Source of the DNA: an uncultured Gammaproteobacteria bacterium
Lineage (GTDB): Bacteria; Pseudomonadota; Gammaproteobacteria; SZUA-140
Length of the DNA: 63,111 nucleotides
Reading direction: 5' to 3'
Assembly: GCA_945788675.1 (NCBI GenBank)
Contig: CALZMY010000204.1
Span: forward strand, 1 to 63,111
Below the pieces are notes generated by a model. It saw nothing but the letters and a program-made list of their open reading frames with translations, was not told the origin of the DNA and did not search any database. This document shows positions 1 to 8,254 of this stretch, piece after piece (the stretch's first letter is position 1; every line of letters begins with the position of its first letter). The position numbers were made by a program, and so were the translations under genes.

Positions 1-283
1 ACGGATATTTTTCAAGTTGGTTACTGGCAAAGCCTGGCATCGGCATGGTGCCAGGTGGGAATTTGACTCGACCTTCATAGTGGTTTGTATCAATGGTGTA
101 GCTAAAACGGATATCGGGGAGCAGATCGTTTTCTTCAGATGCGAGGCGGGTTGCAACAATCTCACCAGTGACAGATGGCCACTGACCGGTTGCCTTGCCT
201 CTGTGGAAGGCGCGCCAGCCAAAAGCAGTAATGATCAATCCGACGACGATAAATGCACCGATGATGATGGCGTAGTAGTTCAA
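1..283 (-). CDS. Partial CDS: membrane protein resembling the DUF3592 family. The N-terminus is in the window and the C-terminus runs off the left edge.
   Basis: The minus-strand frame is open from 322 to the window edge. It translates to ...LNYYAIIIGAFIVVGLIITAFGWRAFHRGKATGQWPSVTGEIVATRLASEENDLLPDIRFSYTIDTNHYEGRVKF... This is one TM helix followed by a W..G.I...Y.Y pattern. The start is ambiguous (TTG 283, ATT 304 or CTG 316). The overlapping plus ORF 17..307 looks non-protein-like. Confidence 0.45.
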   Translation of the reverse strand, partial: MNYYAIIIGAFIVVGLIITAFGWRAFHRGKATGQWPSVTGEIVATRLASEENDLLPDIRFSYTIDTNHYEGRVKFPPGTMPMPGFASNQLEKYP

Positions 284-382
284 TGTGGTTTCTTCCGCAT
301 TAATTAATGTGGACAGTATACCTCATTGGTAAAAGACTATGGTGTCGGTGTCGGCGTGTTTATGTCAGGGGGTTGGTAATAC

Positions 383-793
383 TCAATACAGCCGGGTGAT
401 GTTAGAGGGTGTGTTTTGTTGTGAGGTCTCCGCTGCATGTGCTGAGAGTTTTCTTTCCAGCGCCATTTTGGTGAAGGTCAACGCCCCTGCGGCTACCTGT
501 GTCGATTGAAAATGGTAATTGGAAATCAGACATTCCACGGGCAGGTGCAGTGCTGAACGAGTTGTAATGGCGAATTTTGTCCATGCAATGATGGGGAGGT
601 CATTAAGGCTTCTGTCGACGCATGCCCAGGAATCGTGATCAATGATAATATCAATGTATTGAAAGCGTGGGAGTGAGAGTCGTATCGGCAGTGACAGGCG
701 TTGCGTGGCAATACGTATGGTGTTGAACACCTCAGCCTCAATGGTGGTTTGAGCGCTTGAGTAGACCGGAATATCTTTTAATCGTTTTATCAT
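383..793 (-). CDS. Hypothetical protein (136 aa), family not recognised.
   Basis: Intact ATG-initiated ORF that fills the gap between neighbouring genes. I recognise no motif in it. Confidence 0.45.
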   Translation of the reverse strand: MIKRLKDIPVYSSAQTTIEAEVFNTIRIATQRLSLPIRLSLPRFQYIDIIIDHDSWACVDRSLNDLPIIAWTKFAITTRSALHLPVECLISNYHFQSTQVAAGALTFTKMALERKLSAHAAETSQQNTPSNITRLY

Positions 794-924
794 TGCCTAA
801 GGTCTCCATCTGCTATTTGTGACCTCTCTATTTATTTGAGCGGCAGATTGACTGTTTCCCTTTAGCTTTGTGGGATAGAATCTCACTATTGAACGCAGAT
901 GTTTTTTTACCGAAGGTGGGAAAA

Positions 925-1422
925 ATGAACTATTTTCATATCGATGGCCGACTTTTTATGACGGCGCTGGTGCTGGTTTTAACAGTGATGTTGTCGCAAG
1001 CGCTATATGCTGAAGAGATTGGTAGCGTCAGTACTAAATTTAAACTGATGGGGGCCAATGACACGATTGTGGTAGAGGCGTTTGATGACCCATTGATTCC
1101 CGGCGCAACCTGTCACCTGAGTCGCGCCAAAACAGGGGGGGTGAGCGGTTCTCTGGGGCTTGCCGAGGATACTTCTGACGCCTCGATCGCCTGTCGGCAA
1201 ACGGGAAAAATCACCCTGCCTGGTCGAATAAAATCTGGCGAATTCAATGGCCAGGAGGTGTTTAAGAAGAGTACATCGCTGCTGTTTAAGTCGCTGCAGG
1301 TGGTGCGATTTTATGATGCTAAACGTAATACCCTGATCTATCTGAGTTATAGCGACAAGCTGGTCGATGGCTCGCCAAAAAATAGCATTTCGACGGTTCC
1401 TGTGATGAACTGGCAGCAATGA
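925..1422 (+). CDS. creA: CreA family protein, periplasmic with a signal peptide.
   Basis: ATG at 925 is preceded by GAAGGTGGG. The signal peptide ends ...[58 protein letters not shown] and [13 protein letters not shown] match E. coli CreA almost colinearly. Confidence 0.85.
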   Translation: MNYFHIDGRLFMTALVLVLTVMLSQALYAEEIGSVSTKFKLMGANDTIVVEAFDDPLIPGATCHLSRAKTGGVSGSLGLAEDTSDASIACRQTGKITLPGRIKSGEFNGQEVFKKSTSLLFKSLQVVRFYDAKRNTLIYLSYSDKLVDGSPKNSISTVPVMNWQQ

Positions 1423-1838
1423 AGTTATTACTATCACGCTGTTGTCTGATCGTTTTATTATTGGGTACTACTGCAAATATTATGGCAGATGACAAACTAG
1501 AGCCCTGTCCTGATAGCCCCAATTGTGTCTCATCGCTGGCCACTGATGATCACCGGATTGCGCCGATGAGCTATGGTGGTGATCGTGCCACGGCACGCTT
1601 GCGTTTGTTGATGGCGTTGTCGCAGCTCGACAATGCCGAGATCGTTGAAGACACCCGCTCCTTCTTGCGCGTGAAGGTGACGAGCTCAATATTGCGTTTT
1701 ATCGATGATGTGACTTTCTTTTTTGATGATGAAAAAGCGTTGATACAGATGCGATCGGCATCGCGCAGTGGCTATTATGATTTTGGTGCCAATCGTCGTC
1801 GTCTCGAAGGTATTCGTGAACTGTATGAGCAGCAATAA
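1419..1838 (+). CDS. DUF1499-like protein with a signal peptide.
   Basis: [11 protein letters not shown] and [19 protein letters not shown] are motifs typical of DUF1499. The ATGA overlap with the creA stop suggests translational coupling. Confidence 0.75.
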   Translation: MKLLLSRCCLIVLLLGTTANIMADDKLEPCPDSPNCVSSLATDDHRIAPMSYGGDRATARLRLLMALSQLDNAEIVEDTRSFLRVKVTSSILRFIDDVTFFFDDEKALIQMRSASRSGYYDFGANRRRLEGIRELYEQQ

Positions 1839-1864
1839 CGGCTAGTGGCCTGATTATCGGGAGG

Positions 1865-2128
1865 CTAACGGGGGCTCGACCTGAGTGGAGTGAAGAGTGA
1901 TTCAAGCCCATTAAGCTTGATTTCATGGACGATGCTGAGTAGTTCACCGAGTTCGCCCGGTGGAAAGCCCTTGCTGGCAAACCACACTACGTAGGGTTCT
2001 GGCAGGTCGATCAGCAATCTACCGCTGTACTTACCAAATGGCATGCGGGTGTGAATCAGCTTCTTCATGACGCCAGGGTCTGGCAGCAGGGAGGGTATCT
2101 CGGTAGGTGTTTTCATGTTTAATAGCAT
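1865..2128 (-). CDS. DUF3820-like small protein.
   Basis: MPFGKYSGRLLIDLPEPYVVWFASKGFPPGELGELL...EIKLNGLE matches the signature I recall for DUF3820. Confidence 0.7.
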   Translation of the reverse strand: MLLNMKTPTEIPSLLPDPGVMKKLIHTRMPFGKYSGRLLIDLPEPYVVWFASKGFPPGELGELLSIVHEIKLNGLESLFTPLRSSPR

Positions 2129-2267
2129 AGTTTACTTTGATGTTGACGGTAGATCGACTAAAATCCCCTTTACGCAGGAGATTTGAAACAGTCAATTTCC
2201 TCTACAGCCCTTCCCGGCAATGCAACGGTTGACGGGCATAATCAATCCACTCACAGGACTTATATTA

Positions 2268-2828
2268 ATGTCATCCCAAATCGAAGCGCAACTGACGGAT
2301 GAAGAGTTCTCCGAATTAGATGGTTTTCTGCTGGCCTCGGAGGAGGGCGAAGATCGTCTTACCGTCGATGAGGCACATGGCTACCTGACGGCGCTGACCG
2401 TTGGGCCGGAGATGACCGAATGCGATGAGTGGCTTGAAGCGGTATGGGGCACACCACTATTTCCTGATGCTGCGAGTGAAGCGCGCATGCGTAGTTACCT
2501 GTTACGTATGCAGCAGGAGATTGCCACTGCCCTGACCAGTGAATCGACCTTCGAGCCGATGATGCTTGAAGAGGTGGACGGTGATGAGGTGGTTGAGTCT
2601 TACGAAGGGTGGTGTTTTGGTTTTATGCTGGGTGTTGCCAGTCAGAGCAATCACTGGGAACAGTTGCCGAAGGCTGAGCAGACGTTGTTGGCCCCCATCG
2701 CGAAACTTGCTCTGCTGCATGATGATGAAGAGAGCGACATGGATGATGAGGAGTATGAGGCCTGGATTGAGATGTTGCCGGGTTCAGTCGTTGGACTCTA
2801 TAACTACTGGCGCAATCGACAGCACTGA
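2268..2828 (+). CDS. UPF0149 (YecA/YgfB-like) family protein.
   Basis: LTDEEFSELDGFL...LTVDEAHGYLTALTVGP is the typical UPF0149 N-terminus, and the C-terminus is acidic. ATG 2268 is preferred over the longer 2220 start. Confidence 0.7.
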   Translation: MSSQIEAQLTDEEFSELDGFLLASEEGEDRLTVDEAHGYLTALTVGPEMTECDEWLEAVWGTPLFPDAASEARMRSYLLRMQQEIATALTSESTFEPMMLEEVDGDEVVESYEGWCFGFMLGVASQSNHWEQLPKAEQTLLAPIAKLALLHDDEESDMDDEEYEAWIEMLPGSVVGLYNYWRNRQH

Positions 2829-2849
2829 TCCCTGTTTGGTGTTATTGTT

Positions 2850-3713
2850 TTGGCTCGGTTAGCAGTTTCGTCTCAGTGGGATCCCGCATTTGCATTGCGT
2901 TCACCGATGTTTTCAACCCTGGCGGCATTCGAGACGTGGTGCCACGCATTTGAAGATAAATGGCCGATGCTTGACGACTACCAGCGTCTGCTGGAGCAGC
3001 AGACCTCACCTGTAATGACGAGAAATGGATCTCCGTTGCGTATTGTCCCCCAGGCAGACAAACCTGGCAGTTTTGAACAGCACTATGCGCCGCGCATCTA
3101 CATGCGTGGCGAAATCCAGACGCGTAGCGAGAACTGGCACGATTTTTTTCAGTTGCTGACGTGGATCATGTTTCCTCGTACCAAGGCGCTGATCAATGAG
3201 ATTCATATCCCGTTGGCGCAGGCGCGTATTAAGTCTGGTGCCGAATTGGGTAGACGTACGCCACTTGAAAATATGTTGTCCCTGTTTGATGAGGGTGGGG
3301 CAGTGGTGGTTTCATCAGATGAAAAATTGTTGCAGATGATCCGTGAATTTCAGTGGAAGCCACTTTTCTGGCAACAGCGGACAGCGTTGCAGCAACAGCT
3401 CAGGTGCATCGTCTTTGGTCATGCCATGTATGAAAAGGGACTGGAGCCCTATGTCGGTATGACTGCCAATGCTATTCTACTTCACTGTGAAGAGCGATTT
3501 TTTCAGTTAAGCAATCATGAACAGCTGGCGTGGGTTGATGCTACCCTGGTTGAGGTGCTTGCAAGCCGTGAGCAATTGAGTGTGCCGAGAGATCTTGCCC
3601 CTTTTCCGATTCTGGGAATGCCGGGTTGGGATGAGGATAACAGTGAAGAAGGGTATTACGACGACCATCACTATTTTCGTGCTGGACGACGTGGCCCAAA
3701 AGCAAAGAAGTAA
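2850..3713 (+). CDS. DUF3025-like protein.
   Basis: HYAPRIYMRGEIQTRSENWHDFFQLLTWIMFPRTKALIN resembles the DUF3025 core. The start is uncertain (TTG 2850 or ATG 2907). Confidence 0.65.
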   Translation: MARLAVSSQWDPAFALRSPMFSTLAAFETWCHAFEDKWPMLDDYQRLLEQQTSPVMTRNGSPLRIVPQADKPGSFEQHYAPRIYMRGEIQTRSENWHDFFQLLTWIMFPRTKALINEIHIPLAQARIKSGAELGRRTPLENMLSLFDEGGAVVVSSDEKLLQMIREFQWKPLFWQQRTALQQQLRCIVFGHAMYEKGLEPYVGMTANAILLHCEERFFQLSNHEQLAWVDATLVEVLASREQLSVPRDLAPFPILGMPGWDEDNSEEGYYDDHHYFRAGRRGPKAKK

Positions 3714-3738
3714 TCATTTTATTGAGAAGATATAAAGT

Positions 3739-4053
3739 ATGCAGATGCAAAATCAGATCGAACAAAAACTCAATGATGCACTGGCCCCACAGCATCTTGA
3801 GGTGATCAATGAGAGTGGCAATCACAATGTGCCGCCAGGTTCTGAATCCCACTTCAAGGTGGTGATGGTGTCAGATGTATTTGTCGATGAGAGCCTGGTC
3901 AAGCGTCATCAGAAAGTTTATCAAGTGCTGGCAGATGAGCTTAAGTCCGGCGTGCATGCGCTAGCATTACACCTCTATACCCTTGAAGAATGGCATGAGA
4001 AACATGGGCAGGCACCTCTGTCACCACCGTGTATGGGTGGCGACAAAGGGTAG
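3739..4053 (+). CDS. bolA: BolA family transcriptional regulator.
   Basis: LEVINESGNHNVPPGSESHFKVVMVSDVF...VHALALHLYTLEEW...SPPCMGG is colinear with E. coli BolA. Confidence 0.9.
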   Translation: MQMQNQIEQKLNDALAPQHLEVINESGNHNVPPGSESHFKVVMVSDVFVDESLVKRHQKVYQVLADELKSGVHALALHLYTLEEWHEKHGQAPLSPPCMGGDKG

Positions 4054-4069
4054 TCGAAGTCAACCGCTG

Positions 4070-4552
4070 CTAGTAACGTCCGTTGGACTTATTGATGTAA
4101 TTGGTGAGCTGTTCTGTCTCGCGGTTCATGCGTCGTAGATTATTGTGAGTGATGCGGAACAATGCGCGCATGACTTTGTAGACAATATCGGGTCGGCTCT
4201 GGAGCAGGGCTTCGAATGGTGCAGGTTCCAGTGTGTAGATAGTGGCGTTGCCGACGGCTCGCAGTGTCGCGCGGCGCGGTGTACGGTCGACAAAGGCGCG
4301 GGTTCCGGCCACTTCACCTGGTGACATTGTATAAACGGGAATCTCTTTGCTTGCCTCAGAGCTGATGACATTGAGTTTGCCGTCGGCCAGCAGAAAGAGG
4401 GTATGTTCGTGGCCCCTTTCATCGATCAGGGATTCACCATCACTAAGTTCGCGTATTTCCATGATATTGGCAATCACTGCACACTCTTTGAGGCTCAATT
4501 CATTGCCAAGTGATGATGTTCCTATCTTTTCAACGTCTGGTTTTTCGCTCAT
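4070..4552 (-). CDS. Stand-alone cyclic-nucleotide-binding domain protein with no HTH.
   Basis: A 160-aa ORF with the cNMP-binding beta-roll pattern (GESLIDERGHEHTLFLLADGKLNV...PGEVAGTRAFVDRTPRRATLRAV). It is too short to carry a CRP-type DNA-binding domain. Confidence 0.75.
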   Translation of the reverse strand: MSEKPDVEKIGTSSLGNELSLKECAVIANIMEIRELSDGESLIDERGHEHTLFLLADGKLNVISSEASKEIPVYTMSPGEVAGTRAFVDRTPRRATLRAVGNATIYTLEPAPFEALLQSRPDIVYKVMRALFRITHNNLRRMNRETEQLTNYINKSNGRY

Positions 4553-4932
4553 TTCTTGACTCCCAGGGTGATGATATAGCGTGTTAGCGTTGTGTACTCT
4601 TGCCTCACAGGAGCGTGTGAGATCATAGAGACGGTCAAACAGTTAACGGGAAGAGATGTTTTTTCTTTATTGCTGATAATATTTATTTTTTGTCTCGCAA
4701 TTTAATCTATTGAAATTAGATAGATATCTATTGTATGTGAATATGTGTTCAGTTGTCTGTTTTTTCAAGCTTGTGTGGATGTGCTGGGTGGGATCGACAT
4801 TATTCACCAACAAACATTATTGCCTGTTATTTGTCCCGCGTTCCAGCTGAAGGCAGCATGCTGGCGGAGGTAAAGTTTTCTGCTGTTTTATCCGATGATA
4901 GTGGTGAGCGGTGCCTCGCTTAGGGATTCCTT

Positions 4933-4948
4933 TGGCACCTGCTTTTCA
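4933..4948 (+). promoter_or_regulatory. Possible sigma-54 (-24/-12) promoter upstream of the CheW-globin gene.
   Basis: TGGCACctgctTTTCA compared with the consensus TGGCAC-N5-TTGCA has one mismatch, at the -12 G. It lies about 85 nt upstream of the start codon. Confidence 0.3.
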
Positions 4949-5023
4949 TGCATATGCTTTGCTCTCCTTGTGATGTGGTATTCGAGGAAAAGACCTTATT
5001 AAATAAATGCTTACTCAAGTTCG

Positions 5024-6064
5024 GTGGTGCCGATGATAGAAAAGGAACTCAATGAGGTTATTGAACAGGCTGGCTATGATATCAGTCTGAATGCGGATGC
5101 AGGGAATCAATATTTTACTTTTCTGATGGCGGATCACGAATATGGTGTTGATATCCTGCGTATTCAGGAGATCAGGGGCTGGAGTGGGGTGCGCCAGATT
5201 CCACAGCTGCCATCCTATATTAAAGGGGTGATCGATCTGCGCGGTAATGTAGTGCCGATCATTGATCTGCGCGAACGCTTTGGTATGACGTCTGCTCCAT
5301 ATAATGGTTTGACTGTTATTGTCGTGATGAAAGTGATGGGCGCCAGAGGTGAGCAGGTGATGGGGGTGGTAGTGGATGCTGTGTCGGATGTCCATGATAT
5401 CGCCCCGGAAGATCTCAAAGTTGCACCGGAGATGAATGGTAATATCGATGTTGGTTTTATACAACACATCGCCACAGTGGATGACAAGATGGTGGTTCTG
5501 CTTGATATTGACGAGTTACTTGGCAATCTGCCGCGTGATGTGCCGAAGCAACAGACGGTGAAGAGTGAGGCTCAGCGGGCAACAGAATTAGACGATAACG
5601 ATGTCACGGTTGCCAGTCTTGCAGCGGATGTGCTGGAGTCATCATTTAATGCGCTGACTTCTGATGATGTGGAACTGCTAGAGTCAAGCTTTGCAGCATT
5701 GGAACCGCAGGCTGACGAGTTAGTGGCGAGCTTTTATTCAAGACTCTTTGAGCGATACCCCGAAGTCAAACCGATGTTTGCCAACAGCGATCTTGTTGAG
5801 CAGCAGAAAAAATTGCTTGCCGCATTGCAGTTGGTGATCAGTAATCTGAGGAATCCAGAGGTATTACAAGAGACATTGAAAAGCCTGGGCAAGAAGCATC
5901 AGGCATATGGTGCCGAGGCGGCACATTTTGATGCCGTGGCGAGTGTGATGCTTGATGTGCTAGCGGAATTTGCCGGTGATCTTTGGAGTGCACCGATGGC
6001 AACGGCGTGGGGTGATGCGCTGGGGGCCGTCAAGGCTGTGATGCTTGAAGGATATCAAGATTGA
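5024..6064 (+). CDS. CheW-like coupling domain fused to a C-terminal globin domain.
   Basis: The N-terminal half carries CheW motifs (FLMADHEYGVDILRIQEIRGW, IKGVIDLRGNVVPIIDLRERFG, MVVLLDIDELL). The C-terminal ~140 aa carries globin signatures (FYSRLFERYPEVKPMF, QQKKLLAAL, LGKKHQAYG). Start is GTG 5024 or ATG 5033. Confidence 0.85.
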   Translation: MVPMIEKELNEVIEQAGYDISLNADAGNQYFTFLMADHEYGVDILRIQEIRGWSGVRQIPQLPSYIKGVIDLRGNVVPIIDLRERFGMTSAPYNGLTVIVVMKVMGARGEQVMGVVVDAVSDVHDIAPEDLKVAPEMNGNIDVGFIQHIATVDDKMVVLLDIDELLGNLPRDVPKQQTVKSEAQRATELDDNDVTVASLAADVLESSFNALTSDDVELLESSFAALEPQADELVASFYSRLFERYPEVKPMFANSDLVEQQKKLLAALQLVISNLRNPEVLQETLKSLGKKHQAYGAEAAHFDAVASVMLDVLAEFAGDLWSAPMATAWGDALGAVKAVMLEGYQD

Positions 6065-6087
6065 ATTTTTTCAGGTGATCAATCAAT

Positions 6088-6117
6088 GAGAAAGGCCGAC
6101 ATTAGTCGGCCTTTCTC
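6088..6117. terminator. Stem-loop between convergent genes; probable terminator.
   Basis: GAGAAAGGCCGAC-ATTA-GTCGGCCTTTCTC forms a 13-bp perfect stem, followed by ATTTCA. It lies between the CheW-globin stop and the stop of the minus-strand gene. Confidence 0.65.
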
Positions 6118-6148
6118 ATTTCAGATTAGATTGTCTGTTATTTGTATC

Positions 6149-6856
6149 TTAGCCGACGGCCCCGGATTTACGCGCATCGTAGCCTTCGATCAATTGCTGA
6201 ACCTTGATTTCATCATATTCACGTAGACCACTTAACACCATATTTTTTTCACCTTTGCCGATGATGTTGCCATTCGATAGCAAATTAAAGGTCAGGCAGA
6301 CGCTGCCACGTTTGCCATCGACTTCGAGTGTTGAGTTATTCAGTTCGAGCTGAGGTTGTTCGATGTTAAGGTCATCGATGTCGATTACCATGCTTTCATA
6401 GATCACCAGGGGGCGATCTGGATTGATCATCACCCGGTGTTTTGCCATCAGGGGAACAAGGATGTGGGGGAATGTCTGTCCGGAGAACTCTACATAACGA
6501 CAGGTGAGGTGGTGGACCAGGTCAGAGTCTTTGGAAGTCGCGCCGCTACGAGTAATGCTGAGATACTCTTTGTCATTATCATCGACAATGGTGATCTTGC
6601 CATCAGTCTCGTCGTTAAAATGAAGCGCCACGCCGTCAGGGACCATGCCTGAAAAGGTAAAACGCATCTTCTGGCTGATGCCGTATTTATTGAGCAGCAG
6701 CGCAAATAACAGATCACCGGGGACACAAAAGCGTTTTGCCGCTTCATCGTGAATGGGATTGAAATCGCCGGCAATCCCTTTGGCAAAATCGCTGGCCTGT
6801 TTACGCGAGAAGTGGATCTTACTGGACGCTTCGCTATAAAAATTTTCTAACAGCAT
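6149..6856 (-). CDS. Conserved hypothetical protein, DUF3581-like, with a MaoC/hot-dog-like N-terminal motif.
   Basis: FSRKQASDFAKGIAGDFNPIHDE resembles the hydratase-type motif. ATG 6856 is preferred over 6916. Confidence 0.55.
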   Translation of the reverse strand: MLLENFYSEASSKIHFSRKQASDFAKGIAGDFNPIHDEAAKRFCVPGDLLFALLLNKYGISQKMRFTFSGMVPDGVALHFNDETDGKITIVDDNDKEYLSITRSGATSKDSDLVHHLTCRYVEFSGQTFPHILVPLMAKHRVMINPDRPLVIYESMVIDIDDLNIEQPQLELNNSTLEVDGKRGSVCLTFNLLSNGNIIGKGEKNMVLSGLREYDEIKVQQLIEGYDARKSGAVG

Positions 6857-6972
6857 GGATTCTGATTCACTTGGCTGAGTGGAGGGGGCTTGTGTGCATT
6901 GTTTCAATAATATCACGATTTTATCAGTATCGAGTATTGGTTGTGTGTTGCTGTAATTAAATTAATAATGCT

Positions 6973-7887
6973 GTGCTGCCAGATTCATTTCAGAGCCATT
7001 CTGAATTCAGAGTGAGCGATGCTGTTGGGCGGCGCTTTATTTTACCGAAATACGACTGGACTATGTTCTTTCCTGCGATTTTATTTATGCTGTTTTTTTC
7101 GGCAGCGATGTTGTCGTTGTGGTGTGTGCCACAGCGTGGTCGCATGATTTGGTTGCCCTGGTGGTTGTTTGCAGGTGCGCTCACTGTTTGTTTCTATCAG
7201 GGCTGGATGCAGCCGATGGCGCTGTTGTGGCCAGGGTTGCTGGTTGCCGCACTCTGGCAGTTACAGCGGTCAGGACAAGACTGGTGGCATTATCTCTTGT
7301 TGACGGGGGTGGTGGTGTTGAGTCTGGCGCTGGCTACACACCTGTTGCCTGGCTTTTCTCCCATCCCGGTGTTTGCAGAGCAGCACTATCGAAATCTCGA
7401 TAAAGCCTGTGTCGCCTTTGTGCTACTAGCATTACTGGGGTCGCGGATGACGCAGTGGGCCGAACTGCGTAACGCATTTTCTATTACGTGGCCGTTCTTT
7501 GTGATATCTCCCGCGGTGATTTTTTCACTGGCGTGGCTGCTTGGGGGGATCAATGAGTCTGGTTTCGGCATCCCCCAGCATTTTTGGCTGTGGGCCTGGG
7601 GAAATCTGCTGGTGACCTGTGTGGCCGAAGAGCTCTTTTTTCGAGGGTTGCTGCAACGCTATCTGGTCACAAAATGGCACGACAGGCGCTGGGGGTGGCA
7701 GGCGGCGCTGTGTCTGGTATCACTGCTGTTTGGCCTGGTACATATTGGAGGCGGGATGCAGTTTGCGCTGCTGGCAGCCATCGCCGGGCTTTTTTATGGC
7801 GGGGCCTATCACCTTAGCGGACGCATTGAGATACCGATCCTGCTACATTTTTTTATCAATCTGCTGTATGTGGTGCTTCGCGGATAG
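6973..7887 (+). CDS. CPBP family intramembrane glutamic endopeptidase (CAAX protease/Abi-like).
   Basis: Polytopic membrane protein with EELFFRGLLQ (motif 1) and LLFGLVH plus a later H motif (LLHFFIN). The start is uncertain (GTG 6973 or ATG 7063). Confidence 0.8.
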   Translation: MLPDSFQSHSEFRVSDAVGRRFILPKYDWTMFFPAILFMLFFSAAMLSLWCVPQRGRMIWLPWWLFAGALTVCFYQGWMQPMALLWPGLLVAALWQLQRSGQDWWHYLLLTGVVVLSLALATHLLPGFSPIPVFAEQHYRNLDKACVAFVLLALLGSRMTQWAELRNAFSITWPFFVISPAVIFSLAWLLGGINESGFGIPQHFWLWAWGNLLVTCVAEELFFRGLLQRYLVTKWHDRRWGWQAALCLVSLLFGLVHIGGGMQFALLAAIAGLFYGGAYHLSGRIEIPILLHFFINLLYVVLRG

Positions 7888-7916
7888 CTCGTTTGTAATG
7901 CGTGCGTTTATCCTTT

Positions 7917-8210
7917 TTATACACCCTCAAACGCCACCCCGATGGTGAATAGCTCTTTATCCGCAGCATTTTTTACCCATTTGACGCGGGCAGGTTGCGC
8001 ACCAGTAAACCCCTCGATCCCTTCGAGCCACAGTTCGTCATCGATTTCGTGAGGGACGCCGACCTGCATGCCAAGCCCACCCTTGCTGATATCGATAATA
8101 GTGGCAGGAGAGTAAACACGCTCATTACTGTTTTCAGCATCAATGTGCAGAAAATAGATGGTCTCTTCATTGAGTGAGGTGCGTGGAAATCGGCGTTGTT
8201 CAGCACTCAT
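7917..8210 (-). CDS. Single-domain PilZ protein.
   Basis: RRFPRTSL ... IDISKGGLGMQV matches the RxxxR / D.SxxG c-di-GMP-binding pattern. ATG 8210 is preceded by GGGAGAGAG. Confidence 0.75.
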   Translation of the reverse strand: MSAEQRRFPRTSLNEETIYFLHIDAENSNERVYSPATIIDISKGGLGMQVGVPHEIDDELWLEGIEGFTGAQPARVKWVKNAADKELFTIGVAFEGV

Positions 8211-8254
8211 GTGATCTCTCTCCCTGTTTTGGATTGAAAAGTTATTAATCAATA

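Noticed and set aside
17-307. Plus-strand 96-aa ORF at the left edge.
   Set aside because: Its composition is not protein-like (MVTGKAWHRHGARWEF...). The opposite strand encodes a convincing TM-helix plus DUF3592-like pattern over the same bases.
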